Assembly: GCA_965279525.1 (NCBI GenBank) | Contig: CBDIIB010000004.1 | Coordinates: forward strand, 320,001 to 384,000 | Reading direction: 5' to 3' | Source: Tagaea sp. | GTDB taxonomy: Bacteria; Pseudomonadota; Alphaproteobacteria; CACIAM-22H2 | DNA length: 64,000 bases | In this document: one piece after another, positions 1-9,123 of the stretch | How positions within the stretch are numbered: the stretch's first letter is position 1 | Layout of the letters: the number at the start of each line of letters is the position of its first letter | Notes under the pieces: generated by a model | Database searches by the model: none | What the model was told of the DNA's origin: nothing | The model's input: only the letters and a program-made list of their open reading frames with translations | Made by a program: the position numbers and the translations under genes

Positions 1-1320
1 TGTGCGGGGGAGTTCGGCGGTTCTTCCGGCCCGACTACCGCGTCTGTAACGTCAGGTGGAAGTCGTGTCGCGTCGACTACAGAGGCGGGTTATGCCGATC
101 TTGCCCCGGTCCGGCAGGCATTGAGCGGAATCCTGTCGCAGGAGATCGACGCTGACGCGGCCGTGCGGATCGCACTTCTTGCGAGTCCCTCGCTGCACCG
201 CATCTACTTCGATCTGCGCTTGTCGGGCGGCGATATCGCGCGTGCGGCGACGGCCGCTGTCCCGCCGGCAGAGAGCGTCGAAGTGCTTTTCGCGACGTCC
301 GTCATCGGAAGCCTTCGCCGTGCCACAACAGAGACCGACGCCCTGAAGTTCGAGCAGGCGAAGCTTGAAATGGCTGGTCAGGTCGTCCGGCTGGGTCTCG
401 ATGTTCGGCGAGCGCACGCCGCTGCCGTCGCGGCCCGGCAGGTCACGAAGTTGACCGACGATCTGAAGACGGCTTCTGAAGCTTCGGCGGAGCTCGGGCG
501 GCGTATGGCACGGGTCGGCAACTGGCCGCGCCTGAATGAGTATCGAGAGAATGCGGCTCTGGGGACGGTCAGCATCCAGGCGGCCCGGGCCCGGCTCGGC
601 GAGACGGCTGCGCGCGAGCGCCTCACGCGCCTTCTGGGGATTTGGGGCATCGATACCCAGTACCGGTTGCCGGAGGCGCTTGCGCCCCTGCCGACGCAGC
701 TTGAACAAATTGCCGATCCCGAGACTGTCGCGGCGAGCGGTCGCTTCGATATCCGCGCGATGGTGTTCGATATCGCGGCGGAGACACGAGAGTTCGAACT
801 TGACGGATATGAGACGGGTCAGTTGCGGGCAGGGACCGGCTTCTACGATCTGCCGCGTGCGCGCGCACTTGGCGCCGTTGCATCAACCGGCACGATTTCG
901 GTTCCTGTATTCGACTTCCAGAATCAGGCCAGTCACGCCAAGTCATCGCGGTTCATGGCGCTCCTGACGCGCGCCTCGCAGGCTGCGATCTCCGCCAGGG
1001 CGGACGCCCGGGAGGCATACATGGCCCAACGCACCGCCTACGACATCGCACGCCACTACGAAGTTCATATGCTGCCACTGCAGGCACGGATCATGGACGA
1101 AAGCGTACAGCGCTATAACGGCATGTTGACTGGCGTCTTCGATCTGCTCGCCGACGCGCGCCAGAAAACCACTATCGAGATCGCTTCAGTCGAAGCTTTG
1201 CGCGACTATTGGATCTCGACCACGAATCTCGCCAACGCGTTGCTGGCCGGCGGATACTCGGGTGGAACGGCTGCATCTTCGTCGACGGCGGCACCGGAAG
1301 CCCCCGCAGCCGGCCATTGA
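1..1320 (+). CDS. TolC-family outer membrane protein of copper resistance operon (5' truncated)
   Basis: Frame is open from position 1 (CAGEFGG...). OEP-like helical repeats and a YNGMLTGVFDLLADAR motif; lies upstream of the multicopper oxidase. Confidence 0.85.
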   Translation, partial: CAGEFGGSSGPTTASVTSGGSRVASTTEAGYADLAPVRQALSGILSQEIDADAAVRIALLASPSLHRIYFDLRLSGGDIARAATAAVPPAESVEVLFATSVIGSLRRATTETDALKFEQAKLEMAGQVVRLGLDVRRAHAAAVAARQVTKLTDDLKTASEASAELGRRMARVGNWPRLNEYRENAALGTVSIQAARARLGETAARERLTRLLGIWGIDTQYRLPEALAPLPTQLEQIADPETVAASGRFDIRAMVFDIAAETREFELDGYETGQLRAGTGFYDLPRARALGAVASTGTISVPVFDFQNQASHAKSSRFMALLTRASQAAISARADAREAYMAQRTAYDIARHYEVHMLPLQARIMDESVQRYNGMLTGVFDLLADARQKTTIEIASVEALRDYWISTTNLANALLAGGYSGGTAASSSTAAPEAPAAGH

Positions 1321-1361
1321 TAAAGTTTCGACACCCTCCGGATCGCCAACGGGAGTACCCG

Positions 1362-2645
1362 ATGTTTTCGCGACGCAGTTTCCTCAGTGCATCAGCGGCC
1401 GGAATGGTCGGTGCGGGTATCGTCTCGAAGGCGAGCCTTGCGTCCATCCCTGAAGCCCAGAACCAATCCGGCGCGACGATGGTGGCGCCGGCGGCACCCG
1501 CTACAGGCCGGGCCTACAACCCGGTCGCGACACTGAACGGATGGACGCTGCCGTGGCGGATGCGCGACGGATGGAAAGAGTTCCATCTTGTTGCCGAACC
1601 TGTGACCCGGGAGGTCGCGCCCGGCATGGTGGCCAATCTTTGGGGCTATAACGGCCAGAGCCCTGGGCCCACGATCGAATGCGTCGAAGGCGACAAACTG
1701 CGGATATTCGTCACGAACAAGCTGCCGGAGCACACGACGGTCCATTGGCACGGGATTCTGCTTCCCTGCGGCATGGATGGGGTAGGGGGGCTGACGCAGC
1801 CGCATATCCCCGTCGGCAAGACCTTCGTCTACGAGATGGTCATGAAGAAGAGTGGGACCTTCATGTACCACCCGCACGCCGACGAGATGGTCCAGATGTC
1901 GATGGGCATGATGGGCTTCTTCGTCGTGCATCCACGCGATTCGCGTCTCCATGCCGTTGACCGGGATTTTGTCTTTTTGCTGAACGCGTTCGACATCGAG
2001 CCCGGCGCGAAAACCCCGAAAAACTCGACGATGCTCGACTTCAATCTCTGGGGCTGGAACAGCCGTGTCTTCCCGGCGATCGATCCGCTCGTCGTCCGCA
2101 AGGGCGACCGCGTGCGAATCCGGGTCGGCAACCTGACGATGACGAACCATCCGATTCATCTGCACGGGTACGACTTCGTCGTGACCGGCACGGATGGTGG
2201 ATGGGTTCCTCCGACGGCGCGCTGGCCTGAAGTGAGCGCCGACATTCCCGTAGGTGCCATGCGGGCGATCGAGTTCACGGCCGACGAGCCCGGCGACTGG
2301 GCGATCCATTGCCACAAGTCGCACCATACGATGAACGCCATGGGCCACAATGTGCCGACGATGATCGGCGTCGATCATCGCGAGGTGGTCCACAAGATCA
2401 TGAAGGTGGCGCCGGACTACATGGTCATGGGCGAGCGTGGGATGTCGGATATGCAGGAGATGGAAATGCCCATCCCCGAGAATACGCTCCCGATGATGAC
2501 CGGTCGCGGCCCGTTCGGGCCGCTCGAAATGGGTGGGATGTTCTCTGTCGTCAAGGTGCGCGAAGGGCTCGCCCGCAACGACTACAAGGATCCGGGTTGG
2601 TACAAGCACCCGCCTGGCACTGTCGCCTATGAGTGGAAGGGTTGA
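1362..2645 (+). CDS. Tat-exported multicopper oxidase (CopA-like, two cupredoxin domains, Met-rich C-terminus)
   Basis: SRRSFL Tat motif; HWHG, MYHPH, HPIHLHG and HCHKSHH copper motifs; GGGAG RBS. Confidence 0.92.
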   Translation: MFSRRSFLSASAAGMVGAGIVSKASLASIPEAQNQSGATMVAPAAPATGRAYNPVATLNGWTLPWRMRDGWKEFHLVAEPVTREVAPGMVANLWGYNGQSPGPTIECVEGDKLRIFVTNKLPEHTTVHWHGILLPCGMDGVGGLTQPHIPVGKTFVYEMVMKKSGTFMYHPHADEMVQMSMGMMGFFVVHPRDSRLHAVDRDFVFLLNAFDIEPGAKTPKNSTMLDFNLWGWNSRVFPAIDPLVVRKGDRVRIRVGNLTMTNHPIHLHGYDFVVTGTDGGWVPPTARWPEVSADIPVGAMRAIEFTADEPGDWAIHCHKSHHTMNAMGHNVPTMIGVDHREVVHKIMKVAPDYMVMGERGMSDMQEMEMPIPENTLPMMTGRGPFGPLEMGGMFSVVKVREGLARNDYKDPGWYKHPPGTVAYEWKG

Positions 2646-2685
2646 CTTCTCACTTACCCCCCGTCTTCCAAGAAAGGATCTCAGA

Positions 2686-3156
2686 ATGAAGCGTATTCTG
2701 TTCGGATTTTCCGCGCTTTTGGTAGCCGTCTCGGCAACTATTGCATTGGCAGCGCCGGGACACGACGGTGGGCATGCCCATTCGGCGGTCGGCAAGGCAG
2801 GCGACCCGAAAAAAGTATCCCGGACCATCGAGGTCGTGATGAACGACCAGATGCGCTTCCTTCCGGACAAGGTGACTGTAAAGCCGGGCGAGACGATCCG
2901 CTTTGTCGTCAAGAATGTCGGCGAGATCAAGCACGAGATGATGCTCGGGACGAAGAAGGAGCTGATGGAGCACGCGAAGGTCATGCAGCAGCATCCCGGC
3001 ATGGAACATGACGACGACAACGCCGTCACGCTTGAGCCCGGGAAGACGGGCGAAATCGTCTGGCAGTTCACGCGGGCTGGGACGTTCATGTTCGGGTGCC
3101 TGATGCCGGGTCATGTCGAGGCCGGCATGGTCGGCTCTATCTCTGTCCGTCGCTGA
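2686..3156 (+). CDS. Periplasmic cupredoxin (plastocyanin/azurin-like copper tolerance protein)
   Basis: Signal peptide, His-rich N-terminus, type-1 Cu site CLMPGHVEAGM. Confidence 0.9.
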   Translation: MKRILFGFSALLVAVSATIALAAPGHDGGHAHSAVGKAGDPKKVSRTIEVVMNDQMRFLPDKVTVKPGETIRFVVKNVGEIKHEMMLGTKKELMEHAKVMQQHPGMEHDDDNAVTLEPGKTGEIVWQFTRAGTFMFGCLMPGHVEAGMVGSISVRR

Positions 3157-3190
3157 CATGTGCCAATCGGATTAATCCGGAGGAAAGAAG

Positions 3191-3493
3191 ATGTCGAACT
3201 TGCTCAGCCGCCTGGCAGCAATACTTCTGTTGAGTGCCGGTGTATCCGGAGCCGCACTCGCGCAGAAGACCGATCGGGTCGAAGGCGAAGTCCGGCGTAT
3301 CAATGAAGCTGAAGGCAAGGTCACACTAAGGCATGGCCCGCTTCCCAATCTCGATATGCCGGCAATGACCATGGTCTTCACCGCGAAGGACCCTGCGATC
3401 CTGAAAGGGATCAAGGTCGGCGAAAAAGTGAACTTCGTGACCGAGAATTCAGATGGCGTTTTCTATGTGCTCGAGATCGTGAAGCCGAATTAG
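3191..3493 (+). CDS. cusF: CusF-family periplasmic Cu/Ag-binding protein
   Basis: Signal peptide and TLRHGPLPNLDMPAMTMVF motif; GGAGG RBS. Confidence 0.9.
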   Translation: MSNLLSRLAAILLLSAGVSGAALAQKTDRVEGEVRRINEAEGKVTLRHGPLPNLDMPAMTMVFTAKDPAILKGIKVGEKVNFVTENSDGVFYVLEIVKPN

Positions 3494-3500
3494 CGCGAAG

Positions 3501-4988
3501 ATGAAGCGAGAACCCCGTCGACTGTCCCGGCGATCGGCTCTGGCCCTCGGCGCAGTTCTGCTGGTGCCGAAGCCATTGCTCGCTGCCGGCAGCGACGCGG
3601 GCGTTGGCCTGCCGATCCCACGACTCATGGATGCGTCATCCGGTCCGATCGAGCTCGAAGCGCGCAAGTCGGCACACGCGTTCCATCCCGAACGTCCTGC
3701 CGAAGCGCTGGGCTATTCGTCCAGCTATCTCGGGCCGACTTTGCGGTTCCGTCGAGGCGGCAAGTATCGTCTTTCTGTCCGCAACGGGATGGACCGGCCG
3801 ACATCGACCCATCTGCATGGATTGCTGATCCCGGCGGAAGCCGATGGCGGACCCCACCGTCCGATCTCGCCCGGGGAGACATGGGCGAGCGAGTTTCTTA
3901 TCGATCAACCGGCGACGACCGCCTGGTATCACGCACATCCGCATGGGGATACAGGACGGCAGGTCTATTTCGGCCTTGCCGGCATGGCCATTGTCGACGA
4001 CGCCGACGGGCCGGTTGGCCGCCTTCCAAGTCGGTATGGCGTCGATGATCTACCACTCGTAATTCAGGATCGCATTTTTGATCCTCTTGGCCGCCCGCTC
4101 TACATGGCGAACATGCATACGACGATGATGGGTATGCGCGGCAATACGTTCATCGTAAATGGCGCGATTGATCCGGTTGCACGTGTTCCAGCGGGGCTCG
4201 TCCGGCTCAGGATCCTGAATGGCGCAAACGCACGGAATTTCGATATCGGCTTCGATGACCAGCGGACGTTCCATGTTGTCGGCAGCGACGGCGGGCTTTT
4301 GCCGGCCCCCATGGCACGAAGAGACTTGGTGATCGGGCCAGGCGAGCGATACGAGATCGTCGTCGATTTCACGGACGGGCGTCCTGCCGCGCTGGAAACG
4401 GCCAGCGATACGGCCGCAATCCTCGCAGGACGCGCACCAGCGGTGTCTCGGACGATGGGGCGGGGTAGCGGGCGCCTTCTGCGCTTCGAGGTCGATGCCG
4501 GCCTCGCGGCCCATCCCACGCCTCTGCCAGCATCGCTGTCATCGATGGCTCCGACGAATGTAACCGGCAACCCGATGCGCCGGATCGTATCCTTGGACAT
4601 GGGCCCATCGATGATGGGGCAGGGTGCGGCAATGGGCAGCATGCAGCATGGACCGGGCGGCATGTTCGGGATCAACGGCCGGCCTTATGACCCCGAGCGC
4701 GTGGACTTCGAAGTTCCCTTGGGTTCGACCGAGATTTGGGAAGTCCGACCGAATCTGATGACCCATCCGTTCCATATCCACGGGGCGACCTTTCGGATCC
4801 TCTCAATCGGCGGCGAGCCGCCATCTGCCCATCTAGCGGGCGACAAAGACACGCTACTCGCCGACCGGCCGGTTGAGCTCCTGGTTAGCTTCCGGCAGCC
4901 GGCAACGCGGCAGTCTCCCTTCATGTTTCACTGTCATGTACTTGAACACGAGGACGCCGGGATGATGGCGCAGTTCGTGACGATCTGA
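3501..4988 (+). CDS. CueO/FtsP-like three-domain multicopper oxidase
   Basis: Tat-like SRRSAL; HLHG, WYHAHPHG, HPFHIHG and HCHVLEHEDAGMM motifs; Met-rich insert. Confidence 0.9.
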   Translation: MKREPRRLSRRSALALGAVLLVPKPLLAAGSDAGVGLPIPRLMDASSGPIELEARKSAHAFHPERPAEALGYSSSYLGPTLRFRRGGKYRLSVRNGMDRPTSTHLHGLLIPAEADGGPHRPISPGETWASEFLIDQPATTAWYHAHPHGDTGRQVYFGLAGMAIVDDADGPVGRLPSRYGVDDLPLVIQDRIFDPLGRPLYMANMHTTMMGMRGNTFIVNGAIDPVARVPAGLVRLRILNGANARNFDIGFDDQRTFHVVGSDGGLLPAPMARRDLVIGPGERYEIVVDFTDGRPAALETASDTAAILAGRAPAVSRTMGRGSGRLLRFEVDAGLAAHPTPLPASLSSMAPTNVTGNPMRRIVSLDMGPSMMGQGAAMGSMQHGPGGMFGINGRPYDPERVDFEVPLGSTEIWEVRPNLMTHPFHIHGATFRILSIGGEPPSAHLAGDKDTLLADRPVELLVSFRQPATRQSPFMFHCHVLEHEDAGMMAQFVTI

Positions 4989-5184
4989 CTGGCCCAATCC
5001 CTTTTGAGTCGGATTGAGGCTGTTGATCCGCCATGCTACGCCGTCTTGGGTAGCTGACAGATATCTACCAAGCGCATAAACTTCGATGAAATTGTGCCGC
5101 TGCGGCTACTTTTGATAGAAAGTGCATAACTCAATTCCGAGGCCATTCGGTATCGGCATTTGTTGAGGAAGGCGATCTGATTGA

Positions 5185-5199
5185 TAATTCATTGAATTA
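5185..5199. promoter_or_regulatory. Perfect 7-1-7 palindrome TAATTCA-T-TGAATTA, putative operator
   Basis: Seen directly; flanked by an outer inverted repeat GCGATCT...AGATCGC just upstream of an RBS. Confidence 0.4.
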
Positions 5200-5222
5200 G
5201 TAGATCGCTCTGGAGATAACAA

Positions 5223-5576
5223 ATGGCGACGAGCTGCAATGCAAAACTGTCATTCGACGTTGATGCAATTCTCAACGCGCCGGACCGTGCGGCACTTGAA
5301 GCGATTGTCCTCAAATTCGCGGTCGAGGCATTCCCGAGTGACCCGACAGGACTCGCTGAATCGACGTCTGCGCTCATCGCGTTTGAAGCTGTCTGCGATG
5401 CGTACAGGGCACGAGGTTACCCATCTAACTCGGGCTATCAGGTAGCATCCGATCGTTTGATGGATTTTCAGCGAGAATGGTTTAAGCGCGACATTAAAGC
5501 GGCTCAGGCGAAGGGCCGTGATCGCCTCGCAATGACCGCCGAGCTCGTCATGGAGACTCACGGCGACAGCGCGTAA
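5223..5576 (+). CDS. Hypothetical protein (117 aa)
   Basis: ATG with GGAG RBS and protein-like composition; no family recognised. Confidence 0.6.
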   Translation: MATSCNAKLSFDVDAILNAPDRAALEAIVLKFAVEAFPSDPTGLAESTSALIAFEAVCDAYRARGYPSNSGYQVASDRLMDFQREWFKRDIKAAQAKGRDRLAMTAELVMETHGDSA

Positions 5577-5752
5577 AGCTGAAATCGTCGACTTTGGCGC
5601 TCAGCCACCCCCTCTCGGCGCCGTAGCGTTATCATGTTCTTTCGCCTGCTGACGCAGATTGACAGCAAGTTCTCTGGGAGAATGGTGAGCGTCGTCAGGA
5701 GGCCACGGCTTAAGCGGATTTATGAGGGCAGGTAGCTCGACCTTGCCAATGA

Positions 5753-6079
5753 CTATGCCGAACGTGGCGCGAACAGGATGATCGCCATCCCTGCGAGACT
5801 GACCGCGGCACCGGTGAAATCCCAGCGATCCGGCTTCGCACCTTCGACGGCCCATAGCCAGATCAGCGAGGCGGCGACATAGACCCCGCCATAGGCGGCA
5901 TACGCTCGTCCGGCGAACGCGCTGTCGACCAGCGTCAGCAGGTAGGCGAACAGCGTCAGCGCTGCGACGCCGGGGAAGAGCCAGAGGGCCGAGTGGCCCA
6001 TGCGCAACCAGCCCCAGAACGCGAAGCACCCCGCGATCTCGGCGACGGCGGCGCCGACGAAAGCCAGGACATTACCCAT
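5753..6079 (-). CDS. ynfA: YnfA family (UPF0060, SMR-like) membrane protein
   Basis: AAVAEIAGC and [11 protein letters not shown] motifs, 4 TM segments. Confidence 0.92.
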   Translation of the reverse strand: MGNVLAFVGAAVAEIAGCFAFWGWLRMGHSALWLFPGVAALTLFAYLLTLVDSAFAGRAYAAYGGVYVAASLIWLWAVEGAKPDRWDFTGAAVSLAGMAIILFAPRSA

Positions 6080-6518
6080 TGCGGCGGCGCTTGCGCTTGG
6101 TTGCCGGCTTCGACAGGTCGCCGATCATTGTGCAGTTCGATGCGGAACTGCAGGCGCAGGCGCCGAAACACTGTTTCACGAAGCCGTCGAGATGGCGCCT
6201 GATCTCCTTCAGTTCCGCGATCTTCGCGTCGACAGCGAGCAGATGCGTCTGGGCGATCGCGCGCACATCGGCGCAAGGCCGGTTGTCGACGGTGACAGCG
6301 AGCAGCGAGCGGGTCTGCTCGATCGCGAAACCGAGATCGCGGCAACGCGCGATGAAGGTCAGGCGGCGAAGTTCGCCTGCACCATAGGTGCGATGGCCAC
6401 CTTCGCGGCGTCCGGCCTGCCGCACCAGGCCGATCTCTTCGTAGTAACGGATGGTGGGAACCGAAAGGCCGGTGCGCGTTGCAACTTGGCCGATGCTTAG
6501 GTCGCGGGCAGGCTGCAT
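6072..6518 (-). CDS. MerR-family metal-responsive regulator
   Basis: IGQVA...[13 protein letters not shown]; Cys in RPCADV plus C-terminal [13 protein letters not shown]. Confidence 0.9.
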   Translation of the reverse strand: MQPARDLSIGQVATRTGLSVPTIRYYEEIGLVRQAGRREGGHRTYGAGELRRLTFIARCRDLGFAIEQTRSLLAVTVDNRPCADVRAIAQTHLLAVDAKIAELKEIRRHLDGFVKQCFGACACSSASNCTMIGDLSKPATKRKRRRNG

Positions 6519-6537
6519 GCAGGCTCTCCGAATAGTC

Positions 6538-6568
6538 TTGAATCTCAAGTTACTTGATGTTGTACGGT
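6538..6568 (+). promoter_or_regulatory. MerR-type promoter/operator (TTGAAT-19 bp-TACGGT; dyad TCAAGT-T-ACTTGA)
   Basis: 19-bp spacer counted; dyad at 6545-6557; divergent from the merR-like gene. Confidence 0.75.
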
Positions 6569-6596
6569 CCCGCAATTGTCTCGAAAGGAACAACAG

Positions 6597-6881
6597 ATGA
6601 AACCGATTCTGGGCCTTGTCCTTGCATGTGGCGCTTGCTGCGCCGTGCCGTTCATTACGGCTGGTCTGATCGGTGTGGGAACCGCCGGCGCAGCGTTGTC
6701 GTTCTGGCAGTGGGAGTTTGGTGCGGCAGTTGCCGCACTCGCCGCAGCGGGCGGGATTGCGATCTGGTAGAGACGCAACCGGGCCGGTGCATCCTGCAGG
6801 ATTGCCGACGCTGACTCGAAGATCGAGGGTAGATACTGCTCAACCATTGTAGCGAAAGAAGTTCATCAACCGGGCCGATAA
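6597..6881 (+). pseudogene. Small Cys-rich membrane protein (MerT/MerF-like) interrupted by in-frame TAG at 6768-6770
   Basis: ACGACCA in the first hydrophobic segment; the frame continues past TAG as RRNRAGASCRI... to TAA at 6881; AAAGGA RBS. Confidence 0.55.
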
Positions 6882-6922
6882 ACTTCACCGGTGACGCCAA
6901 CGGAGAACACGACGCTTACCCC

Positions 6923-7552
6923 TCAGGGCAAGAGGCGCCTGATCTTCTCCAAGGCCGTCGCCTGCTCCATGTGAAAATCCAGCAGGCCGGCGAAGCGAAG
7001 ATCCTGGCCGAACAGGTAAACGCCGGCGGTGTGATCCATCGTGTACTCGCCGCCTTCCACCGGTACCTTGCGATAATAGATCCGGTAAGCCTTCGCAAAT
7101 CGAGCAAGCTGCTCAGGCGTGCCGGTCAATCCGATGATCCGGCTGTCGAACAAGCCGAGATAGTTCGCCATATTCGTTACATCGTCCCGTTCGGGATCGA
7201 CCGAAACAAAGACTGCGGCAATGTCGTTTCCGGCTGGACCCAAGACGTCGAGCCAGCCGCTCATCTCAGCGAGGGCCGTGGGGCACACGTCGGGGCATGC
7301 CGTAAATCCAAAGATGATCATCGCCGGTTTCCCGCGAAGATCGGCATCGGTAAATGGCCGTCCGCGATGATCGGTCATCGCAAACGAACCGCCGATCGAC
7401 TGGCTTGCGGATGCCGAGTCTAATTCGGCTTCGGATAGAGGGCCGTCGGTCACGAGCCAGCCCGCACTCACCGCAAGCGTCAGGAAGCCCGCAATACACA
7501 CGGCTCCCCATGACACCCAACGAAATACACGTAGAAACGACATGCGCGTCAA
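6923..7552 (-). CDS. SCO1/SenC family copper chaperone
   Basis: FGFTACPDVCP (CxxxC), SVDPERD and MDHTA motifs; N-terminal TM. Confidence 0.93.
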   Translation of the reverse strand: MTRMSFLRVFRWVSWGAVCIAGFLTLAVSAGWLVTDGPLSEAELDSASASQSIGGSFAMTDHRGRPFTDADLRGKPAMIIFGFTACPDVCPTALAEMSGWLDVLGPAGNDIAAVFVSVDPERDDVTNMANYLGLFDSRIIGLTGTPEQLARFAKAYRIYYRKVPVEGGEYTMDHTAGVYLFGQDLRFAGLLDFHMEQATALEKIRRLLP

Positions 7553-8046
7553 TGACCTTGGTGCTCGCCTGCACGGGCCCGGGCCGATTCGACGGCGAGT
7601 TCGATGTCGATCTTGCCAGCTCGCTCGAACTCCAATGTCATCGGAATCCGGGCCCCCTGCACGAAGCCGTTATCCGGACCGATGATCATCAGGTGTAGCC
7701 CGTTCGGGGCTATTCGAACGGCTTCGCCCGGACGAATTTCGATACCACCTGCGACGGGGCGCATCCGCATCACGTTGTCAGTCATGGTCATCTCATGAAT
7801 TTCGACGGCACGGGCATGGGGCGTGCTGGCTCCGACGAGACGATCCGGCTCCTTGCCGACATTGTGGATCGCCAAGTAGCCGGCTGCCGTCGCCGCCTTC
7901 GCAACGACCGCTCGCGACCATGGATGCTCAATCCGCAGGTCTCCGATCTTGAATTCGTGGGCGACGGCACTTCCCGAAACCAGACCACCCAGAACGAAGG
8001 CGGCGATGACGGACGCCGAAATCCGAATGAACGATTCGCGAATCAC
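7549..8046 (-). CDS. Copper chaperone PCu(A)C
   Basis: Signal peptide; IHEM...MRM...GLHLM motif. Confidence 0.93.
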   Translation of the reverse strand: MIRESFIRISASVIAAFVLGGLVSGSAVAHEFKIGDLRIEHPWSRAVVAKAATAAGYLAIHNVGKEPDRLVGASTPHARAVEIHEMTMTDNVMRMRPVAGGIEIRPGEAVRIAPNGLHLMIIGPDNGFVQGARIPMTLEFERAGKIDIELAVESARARAGEHQGH

Positions 8047-8690
8047 GATCGATTGACCTCGCTTTGGACAAGTTCCAGAAGCTGCTGCGGTCCGAACTCC
8101 CCGAGCTGCTTGCCATTGACGTAAAAGGTCGGGGTTCTCCGAATACCAAGCGTGGCGACGTCAGCCGCGTCAAAATTGAGAGCTGCGGCAATATGAGGCA
8201 TCAGGCGTTCGCGGCGGGCCCTTTCGACATCGAGGCCGGCCTGTCCTGCCGCGCTCCACGCGATGTCCAGGCGCGGGGCGTCGTGAGCCGCCCATTGCGG
8301 TTGCGCTGCCAGCAACGCTTCGAGGACCGGCAGGAACAGCCCCTGAAGCCTTGCTGTCTCGAGAATTCTCACCGCTTCGTCCGATCCGCGGTGGAAGGCC
8401 GCATAGCGGATGACGACGCGGACCTTGCCGGGGAAACGATCCATGATCTGTTTGACGATGGGGTGGAACGCCCGACAGGCCTCGCAGGACGGATCGAAAA
8501 ACTCGACGATCGTGACGGGCGCACCCGTCGGTCCGAGGATAGGGGAATGCGGACGAATGAGCGCGGTCGAATCGGCAGGCGGTGACGCTGATTCGCGCGC
8601 ACGGTTTCCGGTCGCGAAATAGGTTCCCGCGCCGAATATCCCGAGCGCGGCAGCAGCCGTCGTCGCGACCAGAATTTTGCGTCTATTCAT
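8043..8690 (-). CDS. DsbA/BdbD-like thiol:disulfide oxidoreductase
   Basis: EFFDPSCEAC (CxxC), cis-Pro TPTFYVNG, N-terminal anchor/signal. Confidence 0.9.
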   Translation of the reverse strand: MNRRKILVATTAAAALGIFGAGTYFATGNRARESASPPADSTALIRPHSPILGPTGAPVTIVEFFDPSCEACRAFHPIVKQIMDRFPGKVRVVIRYAAFHRGSDEAVRILETARLQGLFLPVLEALLAAQPQWAAHDAPRLDIAWSAAGQAGLDVERARRERLMPHIAAALNFDAADVATLGIRRTPTFYVNGKQLGEFGPQQLLELVQSEVNRS

Positions 8691-9123
8691 GTGTACCTCG
8701 TCGCGCGACAAGATGAAGGAAGCCAAGAATGGATACGAAGGCCACGAGCGATAGAACCGGGAGCGGCACGACGCCGAGGACGGTCATGTCGGATCCGCGA
8801 CAAGAGGGACCTTGCCCGCAAGGTTCGATCGCCGTCGGAATTACCTCATAAAAAACGAGAACGTGCCAGAACGCCAGAGCGGCGCCGATCGCCGCGAGAG
8901 GCGTCGCATACCGACCGACCTGGCGGTCGTCGTTCAGGCAGGCGACCCCAAGCAAAACGGCGAGAGGGAACATCGCGATACGCTGATACCAGCAGAGGAG
9001 ACAAGGCGTCTGTCCGAGAATCTCCCCCACGAACAAAGCGCCGAGCGATGCCGTCAGGGCCACAAGCCATGCGCCGAACAGCGCCGGGAACAAGCCACGA
9101 TCTGAAGATGATATCAAACTCAT
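8683..9123 (-). CDS. DsbB/BdbC-like disulfide bond formation protein
   Basis: PCLLCWYQRIAMFPL motif, second Cys pair PCGQGPSC, 4 TM. Confidence 0.9.
   Translation of the reverse strand: MSLISSSDRGLFPALFGAWLVALTASLGALFVGEILGQTPCLLCWYQRIAMFPLAVLLGVACLNDDRQVGRYATPLAAIGAALAFWHVLVFYEVIPTAIEPCGQGPSCRGSDMTVLGVVPLPVLSLVAFVSILGFLHLVARRGTHE

Noticed and set aside
1392-3089. 565-aa antisense ORF and many similar long Arg/Ala-rich shadow ORFs across the window
   Set aside because: They overlap well-supported genes and have non-protein-like composition.
3168-3179. 12-bp palindrome CGGATTAATCCG before cusF
   Set aside because: Short, single and inside an operon; could be chance.
5601-6029. 142-aa minus-strand ORF
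   Set aside because: Mostly overlaps ynfA out of frame; no recognisable domain.
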